Shown: piece after piece, positions 49,667 through 64,000 of the stretch
How positions within the stretch are numbered: position 1 is the stretch's first letter
Layout of the letters: the number at the start of each line of letters is the position of its first letter
Origin: the human T2T-CHM13v2.0 reference genome, Homo sapiens
DNA length: 64,000 nucleotides
Strand: one strand, 5' to 3'
NCBI RefSeq assembly: GCF_009914755.1
Contig: NC_060927.1
Notes under the pieces: model-generated
Told to the model about the DNA's origin: nothing
What the model saw: the letters and a program-made list of their open reading frames with translations, nothing else
Database searches by the model: none
Position numbers and translations under genes: made by a program

Positions 49667-51529
49667 GTAACCGAACCGCCCCTCCCCCTGCGCAGCGGGG
49701 GCCTGGACCCCAGGTTATCCGCGGTCCCCAGCCTGTCCGCGGCCCTGCCGGTACTGAGACCCCCCACCCCTTCTCCCTCACGCGCAGCAGTGCCCTGGAC
49801 CAGAGAACTATCGAACCCGGCGTCTTGTTCTGCCAGCCCTGGTGACTCATCCTCCAGGGGCTCTGGAGACCGGGATTTGGGGACTGACTGAGGGAGCGAC
49901 GGGTGTCACCCTTTCCCTTCTCAAGATGGCGCCGTGGAAAGTGTACTGGAGGCCGCGGTTCCGCCTGGTCTCCGTCCTGGCAGTCCTGGGGGTCTCGGTC
50001 AAAGCAAGGCAGGTTCGGGGGAGGAGGTTGGAAAGGCCAAGGGACCTGGCGAGTGCTGCTTATCCAGGCGATCTGTAGTTGGCTATTAGCTACTCAGGTG
50101 CTCTCCAAGCAGGAACCTGGGCCTACTGCAGGTGTCAATGTGGGGAGCTCCGCCTACCTTCAACTTCCAAAGATGAGTAGTGTCGGTGGGTGGGAGGCTC
50201 GTCAAAATAGGCTGTCTAGAGACTTGTTTTCTGTTTGGAAGGTAGTGAACTACAGCGTTAAATAAATTCAAGATAACAGGACCGCTGAACTCCTTCACTG
50301 GGTAGAGACCATGGAACTTGCTCTGGCGTTATCTTCCCTGGAAGCTGCTTACCTCTGAGACTTTCAAACTTGTTAAGTTCTGAACGTCGTAGTTCACATA
50401 CTTGGTTTTTGTCTTGCTTAAATGGAATCAAAGCGTTCAATCAGTTGCCTTTCACATAATAAGAAAAAAACACTTGTACACCTCTGGGAATACTCAAGAC
50501 TGCTCATAAACTTTATTCCTAAAGTAAAATGGAAGTGATAACTCAGCATTTGTATAAACAAAGTAAATGGAACAGTGCCTGGCACAAAATAAGTGCCCAG
50601 TCAATTTTTTGATCAAAGAACCCTTAGAAGGATTTTAACTATAGAATGAATAACAGTTATTTTCAAAAGATTACAAATGTATATTATGCAAAATTCTTGT
50701 TTTGCAAAACAGAAGTTTCAGTAAGCAGTGAATACAAATGAATGCACGTAATTTTTAACCTTAGTGTTATGCTAAGTGTATATTTACCATTAACTTTAGT
50801 TATTTCCTGTTTGAGATCCTTAGGGGGAGTAGCCACAATTAAGTAGCTTTAAACCTTAAAAGTCAAAGTGAAATCAGAATCTTGTTTGATTTTTTTTTTT
50901 AATGGGAGTCTGATATTTTCCCTAAAATTTTGGAAGTGCCGTAGAAATTTGGAGCATATTGTCCTTGATAAGTAATTTCTTGTTTTCTTAAATAAAAAGA
51001 CAAATGGAAAATGTTTTGATTGTGTGTAATATCTGAAGATGTATTGGTGCATTTTCAGTATATATGATGTTCTATTGATATTTTATCATTTTCTTATCAA
51101 AGGAGCACATTATTGGCAATTTCAATCCCTACTATGTATATTAGAGATTGTTTACATGTATTGTTTTATTTAATTGTCACATCAGCTGTGCAAGTTAGAT
51201 ATTATGGGAATAGAAACTTGGAAATTAAAGAGTTTGCCCAGACGGAAATTGGTATAGCCAGGATTACACCCCTAAATCTGGTATGTTTGTGGAGGAGGGG
51301 GCATTTTTATTTATACCTTGTTATTTGGAAGCAACTCAGATATTACGTCAATAAATCTGTAAATATTTCAGTATGTAATGGTAAAAGATAAGGACTCTAA
51401 AAAGCTGGTGTTTAGTTAAGGCAAGGAGGTAGTTTCATTGCCTTAAGAACTAAGATCTCGTGGACATGTTAGGGAATTCATTATGAAGAGCGTATTATAA
51501 GCTCATTTTATGGGAAAGGCATATTTCTT

Positions 51530-52221
<692 letters not shown>

Positions 52222-52950
52222 CTAAAGACTACAAAGAAGTTACAATTATTGTAAGTAAATAAGTCAGTAATAATCACCACATGGAGAACAACTGTTAGCA
52301 TTTCTGTGTATGGTGTGCTTGAGCAGATGAGGAAACAGTTTTAAGTCTGCCGTTAGGCACACAAACCTGGGAGACTGAAAATATTTGTTGTCCAAAATTA
52401 CCATTAATTAAATGAAAAATGCATCGTTTAACAGAAAACTTCAAATAATACTAAATTTTAGGATCTGTTCTAAAAGTTTCCCATTTATTAATAACATAAT
52501 TTTTCTCAAAACAATGTTAATCCAAGTAGCCTGGCTACAGAACTTGAACTCGAGTCATCTCTCAGGTTGCCTGGGTTTGAAACTCGGCTCTGTCACTTCT
52601 GTGACAATAACTGTGTGACCTCAATTAAGCTTCTTAACATCTCTGTGCTTGTTTCCTCATTTATAAGGATTGTAATAATATCTCATTTTATAGGATTGTT
52701 GAGAAGTTAAGTACTTAAAGCACTGCCTGGCACAAACTTGAAGCTTTGAGGTTAGCCTTTAAAAAAAAAAGTAATTTTGGACTCACATCCTATACCTTTG
52801 AATTTCCTTTAAAAGATAGTGACATAATCTAAAGGGCATTGAAGGTCTAGTAGAGTTTAAGATAATCATGCTATAGGCAATATTTAAAGTGATTAATAGT
52901 AAATTTGCTTTACTGATTTGTATATTTAATTCATAATTGTTTCTTTACAG

Positions 52951-53043
52951 GTTTCTTTACCTCCAGAAAGAAGAATATTGGCCCCTTGAATTCTGGAAGT
53001 TCATTGAAGAGTCTGAAATTAGGGACTTATTTCAAATTTGGAC
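52951..53043 (+). other. RAB5A: RAB5A exon 2, 5'UTR portion
   Basis: Acceptor ttgtttctttacag at 52949-52950; 93 nt before the ATG. Confidence 0.9.
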
Positions 53044-53206
53044 ATGGCTAGTCGAGGCGCAACAAGACCCAACGGGCCAAATACTGGAAATAAAATATGC
53101 CAGTTCAAACTAGTACTTCTGGGAGAGTCCGCTGTTGGCAAATCAAGCCTAGTGCTTCGTTTTGTGAAAGGCCAATTTCATGAATTTCAAGAGAGTACCA
53201 TTGGGG
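53044..53206 (+). CDS. RAB5A: RAB5A first coding exon (Ras-related protein Rab-5A, aa 1-54, P-loop GESAVGKS and switch I ESTIG)
   Basis: [54 protein letters not shown]; Kozak gacATGG; donor G|GTGAGA at 53207; later exons lie outside the window. Confidence 0.98.
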
Positions 53207-53673
53207 GTGAGATTTTCTTTTTTCCCTGCTTCATTTAATCGAATCATACATTGACAGAAAATATTTTGATGTTCCAATTGTGTGATTATGAATAGCTAAA
53301 TAAGTCATAGAGTGAAGAAAAGAGCTGTTCAGCTTACCTTAGCTTTAAAACTTGCCTTTATCTTTGTTAAAATGATGTGTTTTTATATTTGATTGTTTGG
53401 TTAATCCCTTGTGGTTATATTGTAGCTAAAATACAGATAAAAAACATGAGTAGAATCAGTGTCTCAAGTAATAACATTTGACCTGATACCTATTTCTAGC
53501 TAACAACTAGAAGCTTCTTCAAATTAATACAGTACATGTTTGTGCTCAATTATATTGGTTTAAAATGAATAGTAAAAAAGGTAACCTTAAATTCTGATCT
53601 ATATAACTGAAGTATTTGCAAATAATTATACTTACTTGTAAAATTAAATGTAATTAAATACTGCTAGATGTAC

Positions 53674-59385
<5,712 letters not shown>

Positions 59386-59512
59386 ACTGTGTTATTTGTG
59401 GAAGTTTCTCAGAGGGAGAAATTACAGGGCTAAAGTACTACACGTGTGCATATATTAAAGTTTTTTCCAGTAACTACTTAATAATGTGTACTTGAAAACT
59501 GCTAAATTCTTA

Positions 59513-62752
<3,240 letters not shown>

Positions 62753-64000
62753 CATCATTTTTTGTCTTTTAATTCATTGGCTACCTTGATGTATATGTAA
62801 ACTTTAGTTACCTAGTTGCTAAATTCCTCAAGATGAAAGTTAAGTGTTACTGAAGTCATATGTTGGACTTTGAAAATAAGAATGCTCTACAAATCAGAAT
62901 ATCTGAAGTAAGTGTTGCTAAACAGCATTCATCCTCCGTTTGAGGAAAGGTAGAAGCAGGATGAAGAACCGGTTAGTTATTCATGGTTTTTTAAGCCTTA
63001 AGTGTTCGCAGTAGTAGTTGTTGGATATTCTTTGGGCCCCAAAGAAGAAGTGGGTGATCTTGATACATGACTAGTCACTGCATAATTATCAGACACCTTC
63101 AGCTTTTCTCAGTCAAAAAACTGTTCTTTATCTTTGCATAAAACTAGAGCCAGAATATATTCCACCTAGTTACTATCGTTTTTATTTGAGGTATAACATG
63201 AATAGAATTTTCTCCTCTATTGCATTCATAAGTAATTTGTAAATTTTAGAAAAATGTGACTTCTAGGAAATAAAGGATAATTTAAAGATAGGACACTTAC
63301 AATAATTACTTGTTATGTGATACATTCCTAGAACTTAAACAGGATTTTCAGAAGTTTCATCTGTACCTTACCATGGCTATATGGGAAGGTACTAATTTTA
63401 TAGACAAGGAAACTGAAGCAATAAAGGTTAAGTATATGCTTGAAGTTTTGCAACTAGGTGACAGCTGGGATTAAAGACATCTTTCTGAAATGCCATTCAT
63501 GTTCTGGAATGTACTGTGTATGTGTGTATTTCTCCTTGCAAGAACCTATCAGACTAGAAAATTTGGCTCATAGTTAGAGTACACATGACAAGTGTTCTGT
63601 TAAATAATATGTAGTATTTGACAGGTAGGGGCCTTCTTGCTATGTATCACTTAAGGAAAATAATGTGAAAGTATTTTGAGAACAAAAGAATATAAGACGA
63701 TTATTTAAATTGTCCATATTCCTAAATTATCACCACCATTTTCATTTTTATGCCATCATCATGTGTCACACGCTATATTTTAACTGCCTTTAATCAAATG
63801 CATTAATTTGTTCATGTGAGTCAAAATTCAAGAGGTTTATAAGGTTTACAGTGAAAAATCTCCCCCTCATCTTCTATCTAGCCCACTCAGTTCTTTTTCC
63901 CAAAGATGATGTTACTTTGTTATATATCCTTGCAAAGTTACTACTATACTCAAATCTATATATTCTTGTCTCCCTTTTTACAAAATTTGAAATATGTCAG

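Larger units (their letters stand above)
48980..49990. promoter_or_regulatory. CpG-island promoter of RAB5A (potentially bidirectional with EFHB)
   Basis: High GC/CpG content; YY1-like AATGGCG at ~49020 and AAGATGGCG at 49923; E-box GTCACGTGAT 49107-49116; GC boxes 49126-49138; GGAAGTGACG at 49211; ETS site GCGGAAGTG at 49275. Confidence 0.92.

Noticed and set aside
52951-53043. N-terminal extension of RAB5A (ORF track starts at TTG 53038)
   Set aside because: An in-frame TGA at 52987-52989 limits any extension, and ATG 53044 has a good Kozak context.

Overview
Human (primate) genomic DNA, recognisable as the EFHB-RAB5A locus (3p24.3). Minus strand: coding exons 1-8 of EFHB (CFAP21-like EF-hand/ciliary microtubule inner protein; ATG at 36153, gene continues off the left edge), with an RFX X-box/GC-box promoter at ~36.36-36.78 kb. 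Plus strand: RAB5A CpG-island promoter (~49.0-50.0 kb), non-coding exon 1, first coding exon (ATG 53044) and intron 2 running off the right edge. Between the genes lies a decayed HSPA8 processed pseudogene (minus strand) carrying nested insertions. The rest is Alu-dense intronic DNA with L1, L2, MIR, MLT1 and MER elements. Most notable observations: (1) a spliced, non-AUG, poly-glycine overlapping uORF through the (GGC)10 repeat of the RAB5A leader, arranged like FMRpolyG; (2) a ~2.8-kb non-L1 retroposed segment with TSD and poly(A), containing apparently older repeats, that splits the HSPA8 pseudogene 3'UTR; (3) a possible alternative EFHB isoform from the RAB5A promoter using a chimeric Alu exon; (4) a 38-aa periodicity in the EFHB N-terminus. 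Repeat boundaries and subfamily calls were made by eye and are approximate.
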